Source of the DNA: Polyangiaceae bacterium
Lineage (GTDB): Bacteria; Myxococcota_A; Polyangia; Polyangiales; Polyangiaceae
Direction: 5' to 3'
Length of the DNA stretch: 64,000 nt
NCBI GenBank assembly: GCA_044376115.1
Contig: JBILLK010000034.1
Span: 1-64,000 of the forward strand
Shown: positions 27,103-36,591 of the stretch, one piece after another
Numbering within the stretch: the first letter of the stretch is position 1
Layout of the letters: every line of letters starts with the position of its first letter
Program-made: the position numbers and the translations under genes
The notes under the pieces: model-generated
Database searches by the model: none
Told to the model about the DNA's origin: nothing
The model's input: the letters and a program-made list of their open reading frames with translations, nothing else

Positions 27103-29055
27103 TCATCCCTCCGGTCGGCACGGGTAAATCAGCGTGGTGTCATCCTCGGGAACTGCGAACCAACTTCCGTCTCCCCCAAGACTGAGCCCGCGCCACGCGC
27201 TATCGGGGAGCTGCACAACGCGCTCTTTGCCGGAGGCCTTATCGCGGCAATGGATGCGGCGCGAACGCTCTCCCACCTCCTCGACGCGCAGCGAGGTCGT
27301 CCTGTCGCTGGAGGTCATCTCGACGCTTGTCGCTGGTCGCTCTCCGCGTTCCCAGCGTGCCTTCGCTAGCGCGAGCTCCGTTGTTGCTCGTTGCAAGACC
27401 TCGGCGGGTGCAGCGGAGAGCGCTCCGCTCGGGAGCGAGACACGCCACGCGCGACCAACACGTTCGCTCGCCGGAACGCTCGGTCGAGGGTCGAACTCAG
27501 GATCCTCGAACGGATGGACGAACAGGTCGAGATGGTCCTTGGTCTCCTCGAGCACACTCACGAGACCTTCGCTCGAGCGGTTAGCGTGTACTTTGCAGTC
27601 TCGGTCCAAAATCGTAACGGCGCCACCATGGAACTGTTCATCATCGGCAGGGTTCCCGCCGTCGACGGCGACAATGGTGGCGCCGCGCCAGAATAACCAA
27701 TGAGCTGCGCCATCCTGGTTCAGTTCACAGCGCGGTTTGAGCGTCGTGGTCTCGAGCACCTGCAGTGCGCCGTAGGCGTTCGCGATAGCGAAGTAGTTCT
27801 CGTCTTCGGAGAAGGCGACGGCCAATCCGCGCAGAATCGAGCGAGGCGCAGGGCCTCGCACGAGTTCGACGTGCCGACGCATATCGTATAGGCGCAGCTG
27901 CCCTTCGTTGTCGGCTTGGAGCATGCGGTCTCCCTTGGGCGAAGAGACCAGGCTGACGGCCTCGCTCAAAGGCGCCGCGGCTCCGAGTCGCTTTCCGCTC
28001 GCGAGCTCGATCCGCATGATGCCATCTCCAGCAACAGCGGCGAAGCGACCATTGGCCGAGAGCGCCGGCCCGCACGCGTTCGCAAGTTGGAAGGACTTCC
28101 GTTCGCGGGAGGGAAACTCGGACCATACGAGAACGTTGGGGTCATCCATCCGAGCGGTAAGCCATGAGCCATCCTGGAGAAATACCGACGCACCGCAGGG
28201 ACTGCGCTGATCCGTCAGCTTCCTCGCCAACTTGCCGTTGGTAGCCCGGAAGAAGGATAGTTCACGTGTCTCCTCGGCCCACGCCAGCAACTCGGTGCGC
28301 GCCCCGTTGTAACCGAGCTCATCGTAGTGGCCTTGGATGCTCCATTGCAGCTGCGCTCCCTCGAAGCGATGGAGCTTCTCGCCCATCGCAACGAAGACAG
28401 CTCCGCTATCGCTGAGCTCGAGGGCGCGAGGATCGTCTGGAGCTTCTGGCAGAGCCGCGGTCCACAGCGAACGCTGTGTTGCCACGTCGAGCAGATCGAG
28501 CCACAGCGACCGGTCTTCCTTAAACCGCACGCAGGCGGCCAACTTGCCATTGGGCGAAAGCGCGCCGCTCAACGAGCAGTCGATCGTAACCTCAATGGGC
28601 TCCGCATCCGCTTGAGCGCTTAGCCGTACCAGCCGGTTATCGCACAAGGCGATCAATTGGTCGCCGGCATAGGCGAGAGCATGGGCATGGCAGTTTGCAA
28701 CGCGGCGCACGAAGCCGTCGGCGCGATGCTCAAATACGCCGAACCCCTGGCGGCCCAGCGAGGCAACCCGCCCATCGTCAGCGACTGCGACGGGCCGAGT
28801 CCCTTGGAACTTGCGGCTTCCCAGCCGGGCTAGCGCGCCTGCTGGAAGGGCGTCTGGGTCGACGAAGCCGCGCGGCTCCTCTGGCTTCGCGATCGCTGGC
28901 AACGCCGTCTGAGGCTCTGGCGCTGATGCCACCGGGACTGACGTCGTGGGCGCGGGGCCTTGGTTCGCGAGCGCAGCCGGTGCCGCTGCGGTGCAGCCAC
29001 CAACCAACGGTATCGCCCAGCTCAAGAGCCACCCTCGGCGGCGCACGCTCTGCAT
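27103..29055 (-). CDS. WD40/beta-propeller lipoprotein
   Basis: Lipobox VGGC; LPAGALARLGS; repeats ALSPNGK, ALSANGRF, VSSPKGDR, VAFSEDENY. Confidence 0.75.
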   Translation of the reverse strand: MQSVRRRGWLLSWAIPLVGGCTAAAPAALANQGPAPTTSVPVASAPEPQTALPAIAKPEEPRGFVDPDALPAGALARLGSRKFQGTRPVAVADDGRVASLGRQGFGVFEHRADGFVRRVANCHAHALAYAGDQLIALCDNRLVRLSAQADAEPIEVTIDCSLSGALSPNGKLAACVRFKEDRSLWLDLLDVATQRSLWTAALPEAPDDPRALELSDSGAVFVAMGEKLHRFEGAQLQWSIQGHYDELGYNGARTELLAWAEETRELSFFRATNGKLARKLTDQRSPCGASVFLQDGSWLTARMDDPNVLVWSEFPSRERKSFQLANACGPALSANGRFAAVAGDGIMRIELASGKRLGAAAPLSEAVSLVSSPKGDRMLQADNEGQLRLYDMRRHVELVRGPAPRSILRGLAVAFSEDENYFAIANAYGALQVLETTTLKPRCELNQDGAAHWLFWRGATIVAVDGGNPADDEQFHGGAVTILDRDCKVHANRSSEGLVSVLEETKDHLDLFVHPFEDPEFDPRPSVPASERVGRAWRVSLPSGALSAAPAEVLQRATTELALAKARWERGERPATSVEMTSSDRTTSLRVEEVGERSRRIHCRDKASGKERVVQLPDSAWRGLSLGGDGSWFAVPEDDTTLIYPCRPEG

Positions 29056-29099
29056 TGCGTGCAGGCTAGTCGAGAGGCCCGCGATGCGGTGAATCAACC

Positions 29100-30323
29100 T
29101 TAGGAGGCCTTGTCGAATGCGATGCGCGCGCTTGGCCTCAACCGGTAACCGCCTTCAACCGTCTCAATCACCTCCTTCAACCCGAGGCTGCGTAAGCGGG
29201 TGATAGCGATATAGGTGCGATTGAGCGCCGACTCGTAAATCGGGCTCTCGCCTGGCCAGCCTGCCTCCACCAACTCCCAAACCGAGACCGCTTCTCCCGG
29301 CTTATCGCGATGGGCTATCGCCAAGCGATGCAGCACCCGTTTGAGCGCGCCGCGGTGACCAAGGCGACGGCGCACGCCATCCGTACCGCCGACCCACTCG
29401 GCGTTGACACCGATCAGCACGTCGCTCCCGAAGTCGACCTCCGAGCTTGCTTCCTCCGCAGCGTCGAAGTGCTCTTGCACCAGCCGTTGCACCACGCTGC
29501 GGGTGCGCTCCGGATCGAGCTCCACACCGAGCATCGCGCGGACGCGCTGGGCTAGTTCGATGGTTTCGCTGACCGAGGCCCGCTCCCCAACCATCTCGCT
29601 CAAAAAGCGGCGCTCCAACCAAAGCAGCAGCTTGCCGAGCAAGCGTCCGCTGCGAGAGGTTGCCTCCCCGCGCAGCACTGCCGCAAGCTCCGCCGGCATC
29701 TCCACGTGCGGCGTGAGCGAACGCACCATGCGCAAGAGCGCGTAGTAGTCCGATGCGGCGTCGGGCGCTCGGCCGGCACTGACCTCGGGCGCTTGGAACA
29801 ACGCAGTCCAGCCCTCTGCAAGGCCGTTCTCGCGCAGGTTGGCCGCGTTGAAGCCAAAGCCCCACAGCTGACGACGCCCATCAGCGCTAACCAGAATATT
29901 GGCGTAGGAAAGCGAGCCCAACGTCAAGCTTGGACGCAGCGCGTGGCCGGCCTGCATGGCATAGCGGAGCTCGGTCATCATCGTGTCCCCAACCGCGTAC
30001 GGAACCTTCTTCCCGCTGTCGCCAATCAGGTGCAGAAGCTCGACCCCGTCCAGCTTGGCATCGCTGTCGAGCTCGACGATGAACGTGCCCTCGACAAAGT
30101 CGGCAAATACCGTGCGTGGCACCAGCTCATGACGAACTCGCGCGTGGGCCTGAGCGAGTGCGCGCAAGCACTTGGTCGCAGCCTGCGGCTCCGCGTTCGG
30201 CGCAGCCGTGACGACGACGCAGGGCTCGCCGTTATCGCGTCGCTCCGCTGCATAAAGGTGAAATGCTCCGCGACAGCGAATGGGCGAGAGCTTGGCGTAG
30301 CGGTCGACCCAGCGCTCACTCAT
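29100..30323 (-). CDS. Pseudokinase fused to a C-terminal winged-helix DNA-binding domain
   Basis: AGGAGG SD; degenerate kinase (LGSLSYANILVS, WGFG, FQAPE, ASDYYAL, no HRD); C-term ELVEAGWPGE...SALNRTYIAITRLRSLGL...GGYRL. Confidence 0.7.
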   Translation of the reverse strand: MSERWVDRYAKLSPIRCRGAFHLYAAERRDNGEPCVVVTAAPNAEPQAATKCLRALAQAHARVRHELVPRTVFADFVEGTFIVELDSDAKLDGVELLHLIGDSGKKVPYAVGDTMMTELRYAMQAGHALRPSLTLGSLSYANILVSADGRRQLWGFGFNAANLRENGLAEGWTALFQAPEVSAGRAPDAASDYYALLRMVRSLTPHVEMPAELAAVLRGEATSRSGRLLGKLLLWLERRFLSEMVGERASVSETIELAQRVRAMLGVELDPERTRSVVQRLVQEHFDAAEEASSEVDFGSDVLIGVNAEWVGGTDGVRRRLGHRGALKRVLHRLAIAHRDKPGEAVSVWELVEAGWPGESPIYESALNRTYIAITRLRSLGLKEVIETVEGGYRLRPSARIAFDKAS

Positions 30324-30450
30324 CCGCGCCCTCCTTCGCTTGCGTTGCGTCCTGACCAGAGCCAACGCCGGCTCGCTGGCGTTCTCGCGGGTGTAGCTGC
30401 GTGCTGCTGAAAAATCGGTCATCGCGTTGCACCGTCCTCAACGCAGGCAA

Positions 30451-30466
30451 CGCAAGCTGCGTGCCG
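30451..30466 (-). promoter_or_regulatory. Sigma54 promoter facing the pseudokinase-wHTH gene
   Basis: CGGCAC-GCAGC-TTGCG, near consensus TGGCAC-N5-TTGC. Confidence 0.65.
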
Positions 30467-30667
30467 GTGCAGAATCGATGGGAGCGGCGAATCCAACTAC
30501 GCAAGCGGTTGCTCGATCGTGCAGCGGATCGCTCGAATGCGCAGCCGCAGGTCGCATGCCGGCCCGAGCGCGGAGCCACGCAGCGCTTGGCGCGCAACCG
30601 CTTGCTTACTTGGGCAAGCCGCACACTGCGGCGCCCGCGCGAACGCGAAAATGTGCCAAACCAGCGC

Positions 30668-30683
30668 TGGCCCAAGGCTTGCG
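30668..30683 (+). promoter_or_regulatory. Sigma54 promoter facing the secreted-protein gene
   Basis: TGGCCC-AAGGC-TTGCG, 23 nt upstream of ATG 30707 with AGGAG SD. Confidence 0.65.
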
Positions 30684-30706
30684 AAGAGCGTCGGCAGGAG
30701 AACCCC

Positions 30707-31318
30707 ATGAACAAATACGCTTTCGCCCTACTCGCCATTCTGCCCGCGGTTGGTCTCATCTCGTTGGCCGAGACGCCGGAGGTTGCCCACGCCCAATCCA
30801 AGTGCACCTCCGGCAGCAAAGTCTCCTTGGCCATTTGGGAGAAGTGGGGCGAAGAGATCAAGAAGCACGGCTGCAAGAGCAGTGAAGAATGCCTCAATAA
30901 CGCCGGCAAGCGGGAGAAGTTGGTCAAAGAAATGATCAAGTTCTGGAACGAGCAATCCGGCAACGGCTGGGCCACCATCGGGCCGCGTGAAATCCTGTTT
31001 GAAGGCAAGCTCGACGGGAAAATTGTGGCCGGCGGTGAGCGACTGTTCGTCACCAAGTATCCGCTCGAGGAGGGGGATGAGATCACGGTGGAGGTCAAGA
31101 AGGAGGGTGGGAAAGCCCCCGCTACGGTAAGCCTTTCCAGCCTGGACGCGGATAACAAGTGTGTGACAGGGGATGATGTTTCCTTCGCTGCAGACGCTGC
31201 CAATGGCACCAAGAAGGTGCTCTCGATCAAGGGCGCCAAGGGCCGTATCGTGACCATCAAGGTGGACGCCGATAAGGGTAAAGCCTTCGACTACGAGCTG
31301 GTGGTTCGCCGCAAGTAG
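30707..31318 (+). CDS. Secreted Lys-rich hypothetical protein
   Basis: Sec signal ending AHA-Q; AGGAG SD; 203 aa. Confidence 0.75.
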   Translation: MNKYAFALLAILPAVGLISLAETPEVAHAQSKCTSGSKVSLAIWEKWGEEIKKHGCKSSEECLNNAGKREKLVKEMIKFWNEQSGNGWATIGPREILFEGKLDGKIVAGGERLFVTKYPLEEGDEITVEVKKEGGKAPATVSLSSLDADNKCVTGDDVSFAADAANGTKKVLSIKGAKGRIVTIKVDADKGKAFDYELVVRRK

Positions 31319-31397
31319 TGGCGCTTGCCGCTGGTCTCGACGGCTGCGGCAACAGCTCCGTACCGTGCGCATCAAGACGCTAGTATCGTGGCACGTC

Positions 31398-33275
31398 ATG
31401 CCCTCCGAGCTCGGGTCCAGGACCGAACAGTCCTCTCCGATCGATAGCACCGGCGATACGCAAGCCGCACTTGCTGCATGCGGCTGCCTACTGTTGCACT
31501 TTCGGGAAGGGGCCAAGTTGGTACCGCTTCGTGCGGGGCAGCCGGTGATCGTCGGGCGAGGGGAGGAGGCGGACGTGATGCTTGAGGATCGCAGCCTCTC
31601 CCGTCTCCACGCCGAGTTCGTGCTGACGCAGGACGGCCTTCTGCGCGTTCGCGATCTCGGCTCCACCAACGGCACGCACGTTCGCGGGCGCCGCATCGAG
31701 AGCGCCGAAATCGCAGGCGACACTGAGGCCACCCTCGGCGGGGTGATCGCTTCGTTGCACTGGCTCAAGCCACGTGGGGCAGGCCTGCGTGATCTGGAGC
31801 TGCATGAGGCCTTCGTCGCCTCGGCCGAACGAGAACTCGTCCGCGCGCGCTTCTTCAAGCGTTCCTTCGCGCTGTTGATGGTGCGCCGCCGCGAGGAAGA
31901 GGAGCTCCCGCTCCGCAAGTGGGCGCCCTTGGTACAGGAGCTTCAGCGAGCTGTGGACCGCGTCGCGGTGTACGGCCCTTCCACGCTGGAGCTCTTGCTG
32001 CCGGAGGCCTCAACCGAGCTTGCGTTGGCCTTCGCACACGAGCTGATCGCGGCGAGCAAAGGCGCGCTGCTGGTTGGTCTCGCGCTCTTTCCGCAAGCGC
32101 AGTCGGTGGAGGAGCTGATCGGCTCTGCGCAGGAGGCTTTGTCGCGGGCGAACCCAGCGCAGCCCGCTCTGGTCCATGCAGCGGCGCCGTTTCGCGTGCT
32201 CGCCGCGCAGGAGAAAGCGACGGGCCCCAGCTGTGAAAGCCCGGCGATGAAAGAGCTGATGCGCACGGCCGCGCGCGCCGCACGCGGAACCATCCCGCTC
32301 TTGCTGCTGGCCGAGACGGGTGCCGGCAAGGAGGTCTTGGCGCGGTCGCTGCACGAGGCCAGCCCGCGTTCCGCCGCGCCGATGCTCAGCGTCAACTGCG
32401 CAGCCATCCCGGAGACATTGCTCGAGAGCACGTTGTTCGGTCACGAGAAGGGCGCCTTCACTGGCGCGCACTCGCAACACCGTGGCGTATTCGAGAGCGC
32501 CAGCGGAGGCACGGTCTTCCTCGACGAGATTGGGGAACTGCCGCTCTCCGCCCAAGCCGCGCTGTTGCGGGTTTTGGAGAGCAAGACGATCACGCGCGTA
32601 GGTGCGACCAAAGAGCTCGCCGTGGATGTGCGCGTCATCGCCGCGACCCACCGTGATCTGCAGCGTATGGTCGAACAAGGTCGCTTTCGCGAGGATCTCT
32701 TGTACCGGCTCAACGCGATGACGCTCGAGATTCCACCGCTGCGTGAGCGCAAGGAAGACCTGCCCGTGCTCGTGCAACGTTTTCTGTGCGAGGCCGCCGA
32801 GCGCAACGGCACCGCGCTCCCTACCATCTCGGCCGAGGCCATGACGCTGCTCGCGGCTCACAGCTGGCCGGGCAACGTGCGGGAACTAAAGAACGTGATT
32901 GAGCGCGCCGTGGTCATCTGCGAGAGCAACGTGATCGGCGTGGAGGACTTGCCGCTGCATCTGCTTGGGCAACGCAGCGCGAGTTCGAAGGCTCCACAAG
33001 TCCCAGCCAGCCCAGCCACCGGCGTACCCTCGCAGCCGCAAGCCTCCCCTCCGCCAGCGCAGTTGGCGAACAAGCTCGGGCTTCCTCTCGACCCCGGGGA
33101 TGACTTCCGCAGCATCATGGAGCGGCTCGAAGCCGAGGTGCTAACCGAGGCCCTCCGTCAAAGCGAATGGAACCAAACCAAGGCCGCACGGCTATTACAG
33201 ATGCCGCTGCGCACCCTCGTGCACAAGCTCAAGTCGCACAACCTTCGCAAGCTCGGATACGGCAAGAGCGAGTAG
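31398..33275 (+). CDS. Sigma54-dependent enhancer-binding protein: FHA + degenerate GGDEF + AAA+ + Fis-HTH
   Basis: FHA (VGR, SRLHA, DLGSTNGT); AETGAGKE, GAFTGA, FLDEIGE, WPGNVREL; NQTKAARLL. Confidence 0.92.
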   Translation: MPSELGSRTEQSSPIDSTGDTQAALAACGCLLLHFREGAKLVPLRAGQPVIVGRGEEADVMLEDRSLSRLHAEFVLTQDGLLRVRDLGSTNGTHVRGRRIESAEIAGDTEATLGGVIASLHWLKPRGAGLRDLELHEAFVASAERELVRARFFKRSFALLMVRRREEEELPLRKWAPLVQELQRAVDRVAVYGPSTLELLLPEASTELALAFAHELIAASKGALLVGLALFPQAQSVEELIGSAQEALSRANPAQPALVHAAAPFRVLAAQEKATGPSCESPAMKELMRTAARAARGTIPLLLLAETGAGKEVLARSLHEASPRSAAPMLSVNCAAIPETLLESTLFGHEKGAFTGAHSQHRGVFESASGGTVFLDEIGELPLSAQAALLRVLESKTITRVGATKELAVDVRVIAATHRDLQRMVEQGRFREDLLYRLNAMTLEIPPLRERKEDLPVLVQRFLCEAAERNGTALPTISAEAMTLLAAHSWPGNVRELKNVIERAVVICESNVIGVEDLPLHLLGQRSASSKAPQVPASPATGVPSQPQASPPPAQLANKLGLPLDPGDDFRSIMERLEAEVLTEALRQSEWNQTKAARLLQMPLRTLVHKLKSHNLRKLGYGKSE

Positions 33276-33319
33276 CGTGAACGCGGGCCCGCAGACTCGG
33301 TGGGACGTGTCCGCCGCAG

Positions 33320-36300
33320 CTAGTCTTTGCACTCCAGCTTACCGCTGAAGCGGTCCTCTTTGGCCCGGTAGGTGAGTCCGGTCTCCAACACGCGAAAGCT
33401 CTCCTTCTCACCACTAGCGCACAAGATCGCGTAGTCGGTTTGCGACTCACCGGTCGAAAGATCGAAGTCGAGGCTGGAGAAAGCTCCTTGCAAATCCACC
33501 GTCTGCCCAGCCCGCAGTTCCGAAAGCGCGCGCAGGAAGGAGCTGGCGCCAACGTCGACGGAAACACGTCCACCAACGAGCGACGGGATCGCCTCGGCAA
33601 GCGATTGTCCCGAGGTCGGATCGGCCGCACGCGCGGCTGCGTAGGCGATCAGGTAGAGCGAGTCATAGGGCGCGCCCGGCGATTCGGCCAGGCTGAACTC
33701 GGTGCCGAAGGCGGCGTTGAAGTTACGCGTAAATAGCATATTAGCGGAGGTCTTGGTGGGCGTGGTTAGCCCGTAAAGCCGGTCCACCAACGTGGGGTGA
33801 CGGCGTACCAGATCCGCGAGCCCTGTCGTCTCGAGCGAGCCGGTGACTACGTACAGCGGACGCTCCGCGTTCGGCGCGCTCACGGCCTCCTCCAGTGGTA
33901 GCAAGACGTCCCGAGCCACGGCTTGTTCGGAGTTCTGCAGAATCACCACCTGCGGCTTGAAGGCGCGCAGCTCGCTTGCCATGGCCCGGTTTTGCGCAAC
34001 CGCTGCTTCGCCATCCTCAAACAGGTGGAACTCCTTGTACTCGGGAGCAGTGCGTTGGTTTGGCCGGCTCTTCGTCCCTCCTGCGGTCGGTCCAAAGAAT
34101 TTCGCCAAGTCGGCCGACAGACTTAGCCCCGACGAGCCGTGGCGAGCCACGAGCGCTAGCCGCAACGGCGCACCTGTCCTCGTCCTCCGCAGCGGTTCGA
34201 GGAACTCCGGAATGAAGCGCCCGAGCGCCGCCGCGCGCCCGCGCGTGTTCGCGGCCGTCCGCCACACCAAGCGCTTGCTGCCAGGAGCATGAAAGATGTC
34301 GGCGACCACCGCGCTCGAGTTGAGCGCCGTCACAACCAAGACGTCCTTCGGTACGAACGTTTGGTTGGACAGCTGCACCACGTCGCGGCTCGACCCAAAG
34401 CCGATCACCGCGCTGACCTTGACCTCGTTCGTAAGGTACTCGGCCACCTCGGCCGGCGACTTCGCGTCGTCACAAACCACGAGCCCGATCGGCACCGTGG
34501 TTCGACCATCGAGGCGCGGAATCCCGCCGCTTACCGCGAGGATCTCGCGTTGCGCCAAGAGCACCGCTTGCTTGGCCGTTTCGCCAAACTCACGCATGTA
34601 CGGGTCCTCGTGCGCGAGCGGGAACATCGCGCCGATCCAGACCGTATCGCGCTGTTTCAGCGCCTCGGGCGAGGCCTCGCGGACGCACGCCGGATGCTCA
34701 GCGAAAACGCGCGGCGAAAGGACCGCCTCTTGTGGTTCAACCGTTGTTTGCGCAGGAGCTAGCGGCTCCGTCGTCGGCTCGCTCGAAACCACGGCTACCG
34801 CCAGCGCCGTTGCCAAGCTGAGTCCCATTCCTAGCGCAGCCCAACGTACTCGCCGGGTTCGGCTCGTTGCTACTGCTTGCGCTTTGGGCTGCTCGCGCGG
34901 CCTCGCTGCGGGGTGACGTTGAGCCTCCGGCCAAGCGCGCAGTTGCTCCTTGCGCAGCGGGCCAGGCGCGGCAAAAGGCTCGAGCGCCTCCCGCAGCGCT
35001 CGCGCGTCGGCGGTACGAAGGGCAGGCTCTTTCTCGAGCGCAGCGTGCACCACGGCGCACAACTCCGCGGGCAACCACGGTGCAAGTTCTTGCAGCGGCA
35101 TCAGCGTTTGGCTTTGCAACGCCGCCAGCAGCTGCGCGAGGTTGTGCGCGTTGGGCCAGGCGCGCGTGCCGCTGGCCAGCTCGTAAAAGCTTAGCGCCAG
35201 CGACCAAAGGTCCGAGCGCGCATCCACCTGGCGAGAATCCTCGGCCTGCTCCGGAGACATGAAGCGCGGCGTCCCGATGAAGCCGCCACTGCGCGTTAGC
35301 GGTTGGTGCTCGGCCGAGAGCTCATCCACCTGCTTGGCGATACCGAAGTCGCATACCTTGGTTATCAGCGTGCCGTCCGGCTGCTCGTGCAACATCAGGT
35401 TTTGCGGTTTCAGATCGCGGTGCACCAAGCCGGCTGCATGCGCGACCTCGAGCCCGCTGCAGGCCTCAACGAAGATACGCACCAAGAGCCCCGGCTCGAG
35501 CACGCCGAGCTCGTTTGCCAGCTGCTCGAGGTTGGGACCGCGGAGTAGCTCCATCACCAAATACGGCACGTTCTCGTGCTCTCCCAGGGCGAGCAGCTTC
35601 GGGATGTGAGGGCTCTCGAGCTTGCGCGCGATCGCCGCTTCGCGCTCGAAGCGCTTGCGGGACGCGCCGTCCAAGCGGTCACTGCGCAGCAGCTTCACAG
35701 CGACCGGAAGCGCACCGTCGCGCGCCTCAAACACCGTGCCCATCCCACCTTCGCCGAGCTTCGTAAGCAGTTGGTAGCGTCCGCCCAAGAGTTGGTCGTC
35801 GGCCCCACGGCTGAGTTCGGCCAAGCTCGTCTTGAGGATGCACAGCGCTTCTGCGTCATCGGACGAGGCCTCTGCGCGCTCGGCCAGCGCGCTCAGCGCC
35901 CGTTGCTCTGCGCTCGGTGCGACCTGCTCGAGCAACTGCCGCAATAGCCCTATAGCGTTGGCACGAGCGCTCGACGTGGTTGCGTTTTCAGCGAGCCCGG
36001 CCAGCGGATCGATCAGCACGCAGCGGTCCCCGCTGCTGGCGCGAAGCGGAATCAGCCGCTCGGCGGAGAGCCTTGGCGGCGGCAGCCCGAGGCCGGCCAA
36101 CGCCTCCAACGCCAGCAGGCCTTGCAACGTGAAGTTGGCGGCCTGCTCAACGTCGAGCGACGCGAGCTCGCTCAGCGCTGCGGCTTTGGGTTGGGCCTGA
36201 AACACATACGCGTAGCCGGTCTCCTGATCGAGGCCTGCGGCGAGCACCCGCAAGAGTTGCGGATGCTCGAGCGCTTCGAGCTGCTCGAGGCATGCGGCAC

Positions 36301-36517
36301 TCGGAGCTTGGGCCGGCGGGACCAGCCGCAATCGACCGAGGCTGCCGTCCACGTCGCGCGCTTGGAACCACAACGTCTCTTCACTGCTGGCCAGCTCCAG
36401 CAAGCTGAAGCGCCCAGCGATACAAGCCCCGAGCCACGCGACAGGCGAGCGAGCGCGCGGTGCTTGCGCCTCATGCTCCTCATGCTCCTCATGCTCCCTC
36501 CCTTCGCCCTCGACCAT
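33320..36517 (-). CDS. Ser/Thr kinase: N-terminal pseudokinase + active kinase + TM + periplasmic type I (LIV-like) binding domain
   Basis: GEGGMG, VAVK, HRDLKPQN, DFG, GTPRFMSPE; IGAMFPL, VVCDD, VSAVIG, YDSLYLIAYA. Confidence 0.88.
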   Translation of the reverse strand: MVEGEGREHEEHEEHEAQAPRARSPVAWLGACIAGRFSLLELASSEETLWFQARDVDGSLGRLRLVPPAQAPSAACLEQLEALEHPQLLRVLAAGLDQETGYAYVFQAQPKAAALSELASLDVEQAANFTLQGLLALEALAGLGLPPPRLSAERLIPLRASSGDRCVLIDPLAGLAENATTSSARANAIGLLRQLLEQVAPSAEQRALSALAERAEASSDDAEALCILKTSLAELSRGADDQLLGGRYQLLTKLGEGGMGTVFEARDGALPVAVKLLRSDRLDGASRKRFEREAAIARKLESPHIPKLLALGEHENVPYLVMELLRGPNLEQLANELGVLEPGLLVRIFVEACSGLEVAHAAGLVHRDLKPQNLMLHEQPDGTLITKVCDFGIAKQVDELSAEHQPLTRSGGFIGTPRFMSPEQAEDSRQVDARSDLWSLALSFYELASGTRAWPNAHNLAQLLAALQSQTLMPLQELAPWLPAELCAVVHAALEKEPALRTADARALREALEPFAAPGPLRKEQLRAWPEAQRHPAARPREQPKAQAVATSRTRRVRWAALGMGLSLATALAVAVVSSEPTTEPLAPAQTTVEPQEAVLSPRVFAEHPACVREASPEALKQRDTVWIGAMFPLAHEDPYMREFGETAKQAVLLAQREILAVSGGIPRLDGRTTVPIGLVVCDDAKSPAEVAEYLTNEVKVSAVIGFGSSRDVVQLSNQTFVPKDVLVVTALNSSAVVADIFHAPGSKRLVWRTAANTRGRAAALGRFIPEFLEPLRRTRTGAPLRLALVARHGSSGLSLSADLAKFFGPTAGGTKSRPNQRTAPEYKEFHLFEDGEAAVAQNRAMASELRAFKPQVVILQNSEQAVARDVLLPLEEAVSAPNAERPLYVVTGSLETTGLADLVRRHPTLVDRLYGLTTPTKTSANMLFTRNFNAAFGTEFSLAESPGAPYDSLYLIAYAAARAADPTSGQSLAEAIPSLVGGRVSVDVGASSFLRALSELRAGQTVDLQGAFSSLDFDLSTGESQTDYAILCASGEKESFRVLETGLTYRAKEDRFSGKLECKD

Positions 36518-36591
36518 GCGGCGCCGAGTGTACTGGCTCGCGGCCTGCGTCGGGGCTTGCTTTCCGCCCGCCGCATGCCAAAGACCGTGCG

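Noticed and set aside
36470..36496. 9-bp repeat x3 (HEE) at the kinase N-terminus as a phase-variation switch
   Set aside because: The unit is a multiple of 3, so slippage would not shift the frame
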